Assembly: GCF_001194135.2 (NCBI RefSeq) | Contig: NC_068989.1 | Coordinates: 79,975,160-80,021,653, forward strand | Length of the DNA: 46,494 nt | Source of the DNA: Octopus bimaculoides | Lineage: Eukaryota | Direction: 5' to 3' | Part shown: piece by piece, positions 1 through 10,687 of the stretch | Layout of the letters: each line of letters opens with the position of its first letter | Numbering within the stretch: the first letter of the stretch is position 1 | Notes under the pieces: model-generated | Seen by the model: the letters and a program-made list of their open reading frames with translations, nothing else | Told to the model about the DNA's origin: nothing | Databases searched by the model: none | Made by a program: the position numbers and the translations under genes

Positions 1-80
<80 letters not shown>
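1..80. repeat. (AT)n followed by (AGAT)n microsatellite
   Basis: Read directly from the sequence. Confidence 0.95.
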
Positions 81-82
<2 letters not shown>

Positions 83-659
83 TTTATAGTCTACTTTTTC
101 CTTTTCTATTACACTCCACAAACAGAATAACATAAACATTAAATATAATGCTTATAGACTGCTTAGAGGAGAAAATAATGTCAATACGAAGAAAAAAACA
201 AAAATTCTTTAATTCATAATATGATTATATTTAACTGATTTAATTACAAAATCAAAGGAAACAAATTAAATAGCGTCGTGTGGCTTGATGAATAAGTGAT
301 AAGGAGTAAGAGTACTATAATAGAACAGTTTAATAGAATTAATTTAACCCTTAAGGTTAATCAGATTACACACACTAACACAAACACACGCACGTCTATG
401 TACACATATGCGTGAATGTGTGCATACATGTATATTCTATACATATATATATGAGAGAGAAAAAGTGCATATATGTAAGTATAATATTTGGAATGAATGT
501 GCATCTAAATAAAATTAGCAAATAGAATACTTATTTAAAGCAACATTTTTAGAATAGGAAAAAAACAAAATCAAATGAACAGAAACTTCACTGTTGATTC
601 CTAATCAAGTTGTTCCCTAAAACCCGTTCAACGCGTAAATTAAAGGCATCATTTATATA

Positions 660-1042
660 NNNNNNNNNNNNNNNNNNNNNNNNNNNNNNNNNNNNNNNNN
701 NNNNNNNNNNNNNNNNNNNNNNNNNNNNNNNNNNNNNNNNNNNNNNNNNNNNNNNNNNNNNNNNNNNNNNNNNNNNNNNNNNNNNNNNNNNNNNNNNNNN
801 NNNNNNNNNNNNNNNNNNNNNNNNNNNNNNNNNNNNNNNNNNNNNNNNNNNNNNNNNNNNNNNNNNNNNNNNNNNNNNNNNNNNNNNNNNNNNNNNNNNN
901 NNNNNNNNNNNNNNNNNNNNNNNNNNNNNNNNNNNNNNNNNNNNNNNNNNNNNNNNNNNNNNNNNNNNNNNNNNNNNNNNNNNNNNNNNNNNNNNNNNNN
1001 NNNNNNNNNNNNNNNNNNNNNNNNNNNNNNNNNNNNNNNNNN
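660..1042. other. Assembly gap. Other long gaps: 9688-10176, 19822-19889, 27355-27581, 39109-39323, ~41097-41346, 44448-44937
   Basis: N runs, almost all bordered by (AT)n or (GT)n tracts, typical of short-read scaffolding. Confidence 0.97.
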
Positions 1043-1263
1043 ATATATATATATATATAATAGAAATATGTTAAAAAAACAAAATAGAAACTACCCGTGG
1101 AAATGTAAGGGGAAAGTAAGCAGAAAGATAAGAGAAAATGCACATTGGAAATCAAAAAGAAGGTAGGGCTTTTTATGAAAAGTAACGATATATATATACA
1201 ATTAGATGAACTGAGGTAGTAATAAAGGTAATAAAAGTCATTATTGTGAGTTATGAAAGAGAT

Positions 1264-1419
1264 TTACAAGCACATAGTGAATTGTATGTTGCTATTAATA
1301 TTGTTAAGCATTATTTTGAAATCGAAGTGTTTGTCCATGCTGTCGTTCCAAAGTATAAAGCAATCTTCCAAATACCTCTTCCAGTTGTCCTTTAAATAGC
1401 AATGAAAAGGGTTGCCATA
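1264..1419 (-). mobile_element. Penelope-like element, reverse transcriptase fragment
   Basis: Minus-strand translation YGNPFHCYLKDNWKRYLEDCFILWNDSMDKHFDFKIMLNNINSNIQFTMCL* matches the Penelope RT motif (RY-x-DD-x-F-x-x-W ... LN ... I-x-FT). The catalytic DD reads ED. Confidence 0.75.
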
Positions 1420-1440
1420 TATACATATATATATCTATAT

Positions 1441-1925
1441 ATTAGTCGATTCACTCGACCACAGTACAGAGTGGTACATTATTTTTTCGACATTGAAATT
1501 TGAACTCAGAGGTAAAGAGTCGCGTAATAAAATAGTAAGACATTTTTTAACACTGTAATTATTCCACCAGTACACTACTGTAATGATAATATAAATTGGT
1601 TAATGTATTAGGAAAACCGCATTAAAAGTACACATTAAAATATGAAAATCAACTTGACTTTTCATCCTTTTAAAGCCGATTAAAGGAAGAACCACTGAAG
1701 TACTGTGGTCGCAGGCACCAATTAATCAACCTCGTTAAAATGTAACTTTTTGGATTAAGCCAGAAGCCCATTAATATTATCATTACGGTAGTGTACTGGT
1801 GGAACAGTTACAGTGTTGAAAAATGTCTTACTGTTTTTCTACGCGACTTTTTACCTCTGAGTTCAAATTTCAGTGTCGAAAAAATTAAGTACCCTTCTGT
1901 ACTGTGGTCGAGTGAATCAACTAAT
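1441..1925. repeat. Inverted repeat with ~152 bp SINE-derived arms (1441-1592 and 1774-1925) and a ~180 bp spacer
   Basis: attagtcgattcactcgaccacagtacaga...gtaatgataatat matches the reverse complement of atattatcattacggta...gtcgagtgaatcaactaat (roughly 85-90%). Arms carry the ctgagttcaaat...aagtac...gtcga SINE core. Confidence 0.9.
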
Positions 1926-2164
1926 CCTGCGAAGTATTGGCGTTTATTAGAAATAATATTAGCATTGCTGGAGAACCGTAATTGTCAGAAAAGAAGTCTT
2001 GCATTATTTAGTGACGGCGCTTTACGTTCTGTGTTCTTATACAACTTTTCTTCCCATTAGATTTATAGCTCGACAAAAGACATGCTTCCACGGGGGAAAA
2101 ATCCCCAATGGAGCTATGAAAAATGCACCGGCATGTAAAAGTTTCTGATGTGTAGCAAATATTA

Positions 2165-2265
2165 GTCGATAAAATAAGTACAGGTCAGTTACAGAGGTTG
2201 ATATAACCGACTGTCCTCCCTCCTAGCCAAATCCTAGCCTTGTGCCTATGGCAAAAATCAATATT
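2165..2265 (+). mobile_element. SINE 3' remnant (family A-like)
   Basis: gtcgataaaataagtac...ccttgtgcct matches the 3' half of the intact copies. Confidence 0.55.
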
Positions 2266-3575
2266 CTCATAGCTATTATTGGTTTTGTTCTTTTTACAGT
2301 TCATCAATACTTTATCATTGATTCGGAAGAATTATTGGTGCACACCCAGACGGAATAATTACTACTAAATATATTATTCACTTTGGGAAAACTATTTAAC
2401 TGTGAGATTAGAGAAATACAATGATAAAGTAATAATTATGAACCTTTGCTCCCCTCAATGACAACATCGATAGCAGCAATAATAGACACTAACAATAACA
2501 ATTATATTCACTAGTTTCAATAAATGATGTCTTTATTTAATTGTATCGGGAGAACAATGGCTAAATCACTTACTGAGATCAAAATCACGATATTTTCCAG
2601 CCACTTTTACAATTTGTGCGACCAATGTTTTCCCGTGTCCTAGCAATTATTTTATAAGTTCTTTTCATGTCATGCAAAAGGGAAACGAAAACTATAATTT
2701 CAAAATATTGAATCAAAGCCACAAAGAAAATATACAATTCTATTCGGAATATAGAATAATAAATAACAGTGATTTTTAGAAGCATTAACATTCATGTTAT
2801 AATTCTCAGAGCACCTGTAACTGAAAGCGCATAGGAATTTAGTTTAATATACAATTTCTCCCAGACAGGTCAACAACAGATCTGGTGTACTACACTTAGA
2901 GAAGGCAGTTCAAGTTGGCATGCTGACGAATGTCTGATATAAGACGAATATTCACTCTGTTTTGCATGTGATGCCTTTTAAAGGGTGATAGAACCATAAC
3001 AGAAATTCTAAATGACGGCATGCATAACGCACAGAAACGTAATATGTTCTGATGCCTAGCGATATATCGTCATTCATAAGTTAACTATCTTGATTTTAAT
3101 TTCAATGGTTGGACGTTAGATAAGCAACCTAAAACTATAAAAACACAAAACAAAAGAGTTTTAAAATAAAACATGTGACAGCCATTCCAAGGAGAAAAAA
3201 TGGAAGAAGCTCATCACTCGATATCCTGTTCTAAGGTGTGCGATGGATATACATCGTATGTGTTTCATAAAATAAACAAGCCCAGGTTTATAACGTAACG
3301 AAACGAAAAATAATGATGTAAGTATTTTTCAAAGATCGTGCATATTTCTAAAATTGATATGAAAGAAAAGGTAGAGCGCTATATTTTACCAATTTTTATT
3401 GCATCTTAGTTCTATTTTCTTTTCAGCATCTTCAAAAAATTGAAAGGAGATATTTCAAAAATATTCTATGAAAAAGTCAACTGCGGAAAATAAATGAAAA
3501 TTAAGATAGCTTAAAATGTAATAAGATAAGTCTAAACATGATATTACATCACATTAGTCTACAGTTTGCGATGAT

Positions 3576-3652
3576 GACACGGATTAAAAATTAACCATAA
3601 AGATACGGATTAAAAGTTAACCATAAAGATACGGATTAAAAATTAACGATAA
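3576..3652. repeat. 26-bp minisatellite, ~3 copies (gatacggattaaaaattaaccataaa)
   Basis: Read directly from the sequence. Confidence 0.9.
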
Positions 3653-4187
3653 TTAATCAATCGTTCTATGCATCTATATAAAACACTCACCTAATGTATA
3701 AAGCGCGCAGATCTACTCTATCTCATCCCATATCATGTTTGATTCATCTGAAGCAACTATTACATTTGATAAACCTCAACGTGTTTCTTTCACAATATAT
3801 CTTCCATTGTATATGTCCATCACAGCAAAGTAACGACAATTATGGCAATAATACTATGCTGAACAGCCAAATTAGTTAATCAATTTTCCCCTACAACCAA
3901 ATTAGTTAATCAATCTTCCTCCGTTAAAGAAATATTTTCTGCCACCAATAGAATCTTATGAGTCTTAGATCCAAATTACTGGATCAATATTTATCCATAT
4001 TTCCTATATATCTATATATTCAGTCGTGTATTTCCCGCAATGCTATGTTGTTAAGAACAACTATAGAGAAGTGTCTCTATGTAAATATATTCATGATCTT
4101 TGCTCTTCATTTAAAAAACAAAAACTATGTAAAACGTTGCTTTTAAATGTGTGGCAAAGTTCTGAAAGGATGATCTAATTAATAAAG

Positions 4188-4288
4188 CTAAACGGAAATA
4201 CTTTTCAGGTCTTGTGTAATACTTTTCAGATTTATTTGGTAATGCATTGAATGGTCAGAGAAACGAACCATAGAACTCTTCAACTGAT
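4188..4288 (-). CDS. Candidate terminal exon (D)QLKSSMVRFSDHSMHYQINLKSITQDLKSISV*
   Basis: Pyrimidine-rich acceptor ttttatctctgcttatatatgctttag; phase-1 frame open for 32 codons. No recognisable homology. Confidence 0.15.
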
Positions 4289-4299
4289 CTAAAGCATAT

Positions 4300-5150
4300 A
4301 TAAGCAGAGATAAAAGATCGAGATAGCACCCTATTCTCTTCCTTAGCAGTATGACTCTATAATATTGTCGGGAGATGCATATCACTTGAGTGAGATAAAG
4401 CCAAAGGACCAACCAATAGAACCTAATTTTCAGTTATATCTTCATTTTCAAATGGTTTAAAATATCGAGAGACGCTCTGTTTTTGTCACTTTTTAATTCT
4501 CCAATCTTTACTTTAAAATCAAGCATCAGTTTACCTTGTAATTTTGTTTCGTAATTGCTTTTCCTTTTCGATAAGCTATAGAAAAGTACGACAAGCATAT
4601 ATAAGCATACATACGCACATACACAAATACACATACGCAAACACGCACGCACGCAGCGCTCACACATTTTAGAGTTCCTGCAAGCTGTTATTTGGTATAG
4701 TGTCTTTGCACGATTGAGGCAATTATATAATATTGGCCATCAATAATTGTAGGCCATAAACGTTTGAAAATTTGCAGATAATACGTCGACGGTGATAAAT
4801 GAAACTAACCTCCTGAATAACAAAATATTTTATAAGCATTTGCTAATGCCATTAGGACTAATCGGCATCCGCTAATTGTAAGTAGATTGAGGGGTATAAA
4901 AAAATATAGTATTGTTCTGTTCTGTAGTAATATCGATACTGATCTCAGATAGCAAATATATACTTCTAAAAACAACACATTATTCATACAATATAAGAAA
5001 CGAGATACCTAGATCAAATATACAAAATTATATTGATTCCTTTCAATTTTAATATGTACATGCACATATGTAGTTGCGTTTGGTTGAGTCTGCATGTATT
5101 GTGTTTCAATACCTATATCTGAGTAAATGTATGGGTACGTGTACAAGTGC
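4300..5150. repeat. Old duplicated segment, copy 1 (paralogous to ~7630-8420)
   Basis: Collinear shared blocks such as aattttg(t/c)ttc(g/a)taattgct, gataagct, agagt(t/a)cctg, gaaaatttgcagataatacgtcgac, gagggg and ctgtgtccg. About 65-70% identity, offset ~3.3 kb. Confidence 0.8.
4810..4871 (-). CDS. Candidate internal exon GCRLVLMALANAYKIFCYSG (62 nt, phase 2 to phase 1)
   Basis: Acceptor ...cccctcaatctacttacaattag and donor GAG|gttagt. Only one of three frames is open. Confidence 0.15.
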
Positions 5151-5266
5151 ATACCTGTGTCCGAGTATTACTGTCGTGCGCTTCACATTCAAGCACTAAG
5201 TGTTACTACGAAAATTACTGCAAAAATATGTTTCTATTATTCTTTACGATGGTCAGATTAATGTAG

Positions 5267-5683
5267 CCGGAAGTGAGATTAAGAACATACTCAGCTGCTG
5301 GACAAATAGCACAAAGTTCTGATCGTAATTTTGCCCCAACGTAAAACAGAATAGTTCGTAATATTAGATTTGTCATTCACCTCTGAAAACACGTTCTACT
5401 GCCTTCGGAACCCATAAATCATGCCAGGTTCTTTATCTGTATGAATCGATAAAGAAGTTTGACTTTGACGTGTTTTTCTTCTTTATCGAATCCAAGTCAA
5501 ACGGCTATTTCGCTTCTCATGCGAAGCTTCTCCCATAGATTTTACGTGACTACAACTTGATATCATTGCTGTGTGTTATTCCTAACATGGACGTGATCTC
5601 AATCATAAGTTAACGAAATCTTAACCGTGACCACCCCGCCTCTACTTTTTCGGACATAATGCAACTAGCATGTTTCATCCAAT
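5267..5683. promoter_or_regulatory. Promoter-like motif cluster
   Basis: ETS site ccggaagtg (5267-5275), TGACGT (5466-5471), ACTACAA (5549-5555), GC box ccccgcctc (5634-5642), CCAAT (5679-5683), and a perfect 12-bp inverted repeat (5446-5457 / 5478-5489). Motif matches only. Confidence 0.3.
5291..5376 (-). CDS. Candidate first coding exon MTNLILRTILFYVGAKLRSELCAICPAA (phase-2 donor)
   Basis: ATG preceded by an in-frame stop; donor GA|gtatgt; lies next to the promoter-like cluster. Confidence 0.15.
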
Positions 5684-6336
5684 GAGTCCTCATTTTACTC
5701 AAGACCATCGATGTGGTATAGAAAATATCTGACTGATGCTTCAATACTAGATACGTCATTTTATTGATTCATTTAGAAGCCTGCCTCAGTGTATATATGT
5801 ATATGTATGTATGTATGTGTTGTGCATAAGTGTGTAGGGTGTTGTGACAATGAGAATATATTATTAAATATGTGTAATATCTGTATGTGCAACGGGGTGT
5901 TCTGCATTTTTTTATTGTTCAGGGTGTTATTTTAGATATCTCAGGGATTATAGGATTTTAGTAGGTACGCAATGCTGAAATGGTTAATGGGATCGGCTGT
6001 TATTTTTCCAATAGAAAATGAAATGAGAAAAAAAAATATTATGTAATATCTAGAACACAAATCTCGTTCGGTTCAGCCGCACAAAATAACACTTTTCGAG
6101 GAGATAAAGATAAATAAATACCATGGAAAAATTTCCTGGAACATTTTCTGAAATGATTTTAGGATTATTATGAAGGGTTGAACCTGGAGAACAGGAATTT
6201 GTATGGCGACACGGATAACAATATAACTCCAGGCAGACGAAGCAAGATAAATGAACATTATGATGTAAAGTTGATATCAGTTTAAGGGGAAATCGTCTTT
6301 TGCAGATGCAGAATTTACAGTGGCATTCTTCATCAA

Positions 6337-6419
6337 TTAGGTGATGTCTTCAAATGTTGCATGATAGCTGGTCGATCGGTGCATGACAAGATCAACATCA
6401 GTCAAGTTCATTAAACCAG
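6337..6419 (-). CDS. Candidate terminal exon xGLMNLTDVDLVMHRSTSYHATFEDIT*
   Basis: Acceptor cttcacttcttatctctgtattag; phase-1 frame open; GC content above the flanks. Confidence 0.2.
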
Positions 6420-7621
6420 CTAATACAGAGATAAGAAGTGAAGTTGAGTAACTAATTACTTAATCCTGTGATTCCAATAATGTATTCATCGAGGATATGT
6501 GAAGTCGCGTTGAGTAACGGTTTTTGTTTTTGACACCCGATTATAATATCGAGAGCTCAATTACTGCCCAGGGAGTTGCATTGAGCCCTAGTGCAATGTA
6601 CTTCATTTCATGTATCTCCAGTCTTCTCAGTTAAAAACGGCTATCAGCCTTTTCTTCCCCCCAGCTGACACATTATGGATGTGCCGCAGAGGGTAGGAGA
6701 ATCGGCAACTAATTCTGCACCTAAAAGGGCGAAAACATGGTACTTGTTACAAAGCCATTCTTGTACAGGGGTGACGGCTAACTCTTTATCCACAAAATAA
6801 TGTCCCCTGTTTGCATTCTATTCCAAGTGCATATCCTATCTCACGCCATCTGTACATACGATTTTACCCTATGATAAAGCGTTTTTTTATGCCTTTCGAA
6901 GCGTTAGTCTTAAACTATATTTGAGAATGCTGGTTACTATTTACTCAGTAAAGATATAATACGCCAACATGACACTGATAAAGAAAAATCGGTGAATCAC
7001 AATGAGCCATGGAAGTATAAATGTTTTTGTGCTGAACGGGTGTAAAGAGCAGAATTCTAAAATAGACAAAAGTTGAGGAGTTCATAAAACATTTTCAAAT
7101 TCCGTGTGCATGAATGAAGCGTTAAGTTTATAGCTGAGGGTGTATAAATCTTACTCTTTTTAGCTTAAATAAATGTTTGCATCGATAGATACATTTAACC
7201 TTTCTGCACATATATAATTTGTCAGATTTTGCATTTGATATTTATGCATAACATTTAACATTTACGCTTCTAAAATTTATGCATTTAAATTTATGAAAAC
7301 TTCTCAGTTTTTTTTTTTTTATCTAGAATTAAGCCTTTCTTTATAGTGTTATCTTTTAGATTCCAGTGCAAACCAACATATACGTAAATTTGGTGATATG
7401 TCATGTGTTTCATTTGAGTATGAAGTGACAACTGCACCCGAAATTTCTCAAGCTCTCTGGGGTTTAAATGCTGCTTCTCTTGTATTTTGTCCCAAATTAT
7501 TTATTATCCAAAATACTCATATGCTTACAACCTATCTCAATTCTGTCATTTATAGCAGCAGAATTATTATTGAATAAACATGGCGGTTGTCACTTTGCAG
7601 GACTGAGATAAAAAAACTTAC

Positions 7622-7675
7622 TCGATTGAAGAGGCGCAATGAGTATATCAGATATCGCCATCATCCTTAAGCAGG
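7622..7675 (-). CDS. Candidate 54-nt symmetric (phase 1-1) exon xCLRMMAISDILIAPLQS
   Basis: Acceptor gtcattttttttag and consensus donor gtaagt. Only the phase-1 frame is open, and it is compatible with the 6337-6419 exon. Confidence 0.25.
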
Positions 7676-8420
7676 CTAAAAAAAATGACATCTGCTGCAA
7701 CTTAAAATCAAGTCTAGATCATGTAAAACTATTAACCATATAGAACAGCGTATATATATATAATTTGCTTGTTGTGGATTTGTTACTGGTAACGAAGTGA
7801 GTCTATTTTTTCTCTTCCTAATTGGTCAATCTTTGTTTTAAACGCGAACATGAGAGAGCACAATTTTGATTTTCTAACGAAATTTTGCTTCATAATTGCT
7901 CTTCGTGTTTGATAAGCTGCATAATAGAAATGGAAAATATGCACATACAAAGAGTACCTGTATGTAGCCATTTGGTTTAGCTTCTCTCTGTATGACTGAA
8001 TCAATTATAAAAAATTGGTCATCAAAAATTCGTAGCTATAAATGTAGGAAAATTTGCAGATAATACGTCGACAAGGATAACTGAAATTAGCTGCCTCAAT
8101 AACGCAACTGGAAATCTTTTATACATGGTCTTTAACGCCATTATCGCTAATCAGTGCCTCAACTAGAGATGAGGGGAAACAAAGAATATAGTATAGTAAT
8201 TTCCTCAGATATAGCGAGAGTCATTTCAGGAATCAATATGACTATCCGGAAACTGCATATAATTAATATTATATGAGATATTTAAATGTCATTCGGAAAC
8301 ATATATGGAAACCCTTCAGTTTTAACATGTACGTACGTGCATGGATTTGTTTGTGTGAATATGGGTAATATATGTGTTAGCGTATATGTATGTGTGTACG
8401 TGTATGTATGTCTGTGTCCG
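7630..8420. repeat. Old duplicated segment, copy 2 (paralogous to ~4300-5150)
   Basis: See copy 1. Confidence 0.8.
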
Positions 8421-9564
8421 TGAGATTGTGTGTATGCGAAGAATAGTGTCTATTTTTTGCACTTCAGAAATATTTTGGTGTATTGACAAAGCCATTTATC
8501 GCAGAATATTTAGACTTCAAAGTACTGTATTTTTCTATGATCGGACAAAATTTCGAAGAAGGTAGGGCTAACAAGGTCTGAGAGCCGACTGTATTTGTCT
8601 CACGCACAATACAACGCTTCATGCGCACGTTTGACTGATGTAGTAACCATCATCTAAAAATATATGCAGGAACACATACTTTCTTCCCTGTTCTGTGTAT
8701 TTATTTATTTCTGCATCTGATTTTTATTGGTTTTCTATAATAAAGCTGTGTCTCTTAATTTGCTGATTCTGTATACACATACCAAGAAGAAAACTTATTG
8801 AACATACGTTATTTTCAAGAGATACATCTTGTTATAACCTGAAGAGACACATCTACACCGACAGATATTCCTAAACCTGTTGTTCACTATCCAACCTGTG
8901 AAGGATCGATGCCCGGTGGGTAGAAAAAATTGTAGTGACTAATAAACGTTCTATGTTCCATCTTCCGTCCCTCTCATTAATCAAATACCCAACAAACACT
9001 GTGAAAGTGAACGTGCTTTACCGTTCACAAGGTTTTAGAAAACCTTGATACTTCATAAAACCTTGACACTTTATATATTTTATTAAATATTGCTTAAGCG
9101 TACAGATATTTCTACTTTTTCCTACTTTATTTTATTGCATTTCTGAATATTAGGATACGTTTTCTGAAGTTACAAGACCTTAAAAGTGTCCTCATTCTGA
9201 GTGGTATTTATCATGATCGATTTATTGTAAATTGCCCAGACCTTTTCCACTTTTATGTGGCCACGAATCGCGCGTAGTCTATTATTCACTTTCGTTTTTA
9301 TAAATTTTCTAAACTGAATTAAGTGTTTAATCTAATATTTTATAAATTTTATAGATTACAAATTTTCTCTTGAACTTTTTAAATTTTTAAATTTGTATTT
9401 CGTATAGTACGCTTTTATTGATGGTGTCTGATCTCCTTCGTTTCACCATGGTGGTTCTTCTCGAAATTATTAATATATTTTTCATTATTTAATTCAATTT
9501 CATATTATTAAATTGTATATCCTTGTAAGTTCGGATTTTAACATTCCCTAACATTATAATATTT

Positions 9565-9613
9565 ATATATATATACATACATATATAAATATATATATGC
9601 ACACGCACACACG

Positions 9614-9687
<74 letters not shown>
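9565..9687. repeat. (AT)n/(AC)n compound microsatellite
   Basis: Read directly from the sequence. Confidence 0.95.
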
Positions 9688-10273
9688 NNNNNNNNNNNNN
9701 NNNNNNNNNNNNNNNNNNNNNNNNNNNNNNNNNNNNNNNNNNNNNNNNNNNNNNNNNNNNNNNNNNNNNNNNNNNNNNNNNNNNNNNNNNNNNNNNNNNN
9801 NNNNNNNNNNNNNNNNNNNNNNNNNNNNNNNNNNNNNNNNNNNNNNNNNNNNNNNNNNNNNNNNNNNNNNNNNNNNNNNNNNNNNNNNNNNNNNNNNNNN
9901 NNNNNNNNNNNNNNNNNNNNNNNNNNNNNNNNNNNNNNNNNNNNNNNNNNNNNNNNNNNNNNNNNNNNNNNNNNNNNNNNNNNNNNNNNNNNNNNNNNNN
10001 NNNNNNNNNNNNNNNNNNNNNNNNNNNNNNNNNNNNNNNNNNNNNNNNNNNNNNNNNNNNNNNNNNNNNNNNNNNNNNNNNNNNNNNNNNNNNNNNNNNN
10101 NNNNNNNNNNNNNNNNNNNNNNNNNNNNNNNNNNNNNNNNNNNNNNNNNNNNNNNNNNNNNNNNNNNNNNNNNNNNTACATGCTTGTCATATATAACTTC
10201 TCGAAGAAACAGTTTGGAACTGCAAACTAAGTCTCAACATGCGGTACTTATTCGTCAATTAATTCTTGTTTGT

Positions 10274-10687
10274 AAGGCGGCGAGCTGGCAGAAACGTTAG
10301 CACGCCGGGCGAAATGCTTAGTGGTATTTCGTCTGCCGTTACGTTCTGAGTTCAAATTCCGCCGAGGTCGACTTTGCCTTTCATCCTTTCAGGGTCGGTA
10401 AATTAAGTACCACTTACGCACTGGGGTCGATGTAATCGACTTAATCCGTTTCTCTGTCCTTGTTTGTCCCCTCTACGTTTAGCCCTTTGTGGGCAATAAA
10501 GAAATAAGAAACGGTTGTGGTATTTTGTCTGCCTTTACGTTCTGAGTACAAGTCCGGCCGAGGTCGAATTTGGCTTTCATCCTTTCGGGGTCGATAAATG
10601 AAGTACCAGTTGCGTACTGCGAGGTCGATCTAATCCACTAGCCCCTTCCTAAAAAATTTCGGGCCTCGTGCCTTGAGTAGACACGAA
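10274..10687 (+). mobile_element. tRNA-derived SINE family A, dimer with 15-bp TSD
   Basis: Head ggcggcgagctggcagaaacgttagc and core gttctgagttcaaattccgccgaggtcgac, present twice. TSD ttaattcttgtttgt (10259-10273) / ttagttcttatttgt (10688-10702). Confidence 0.9.

Noticed and set aside
3866-3920. Short tandem duplications (also ~25335-25400, ~38420-38515, ~43985-44043)
   Set aside because: Ordinary slippage duplications with no further structure.
6073-6258. Hydrophobic 61-aa ORF suggesting a membrane receptor fragment
   Set aside because: No Cys-loop, GPCR or other motif; hydrophobicity follows from T-richness.
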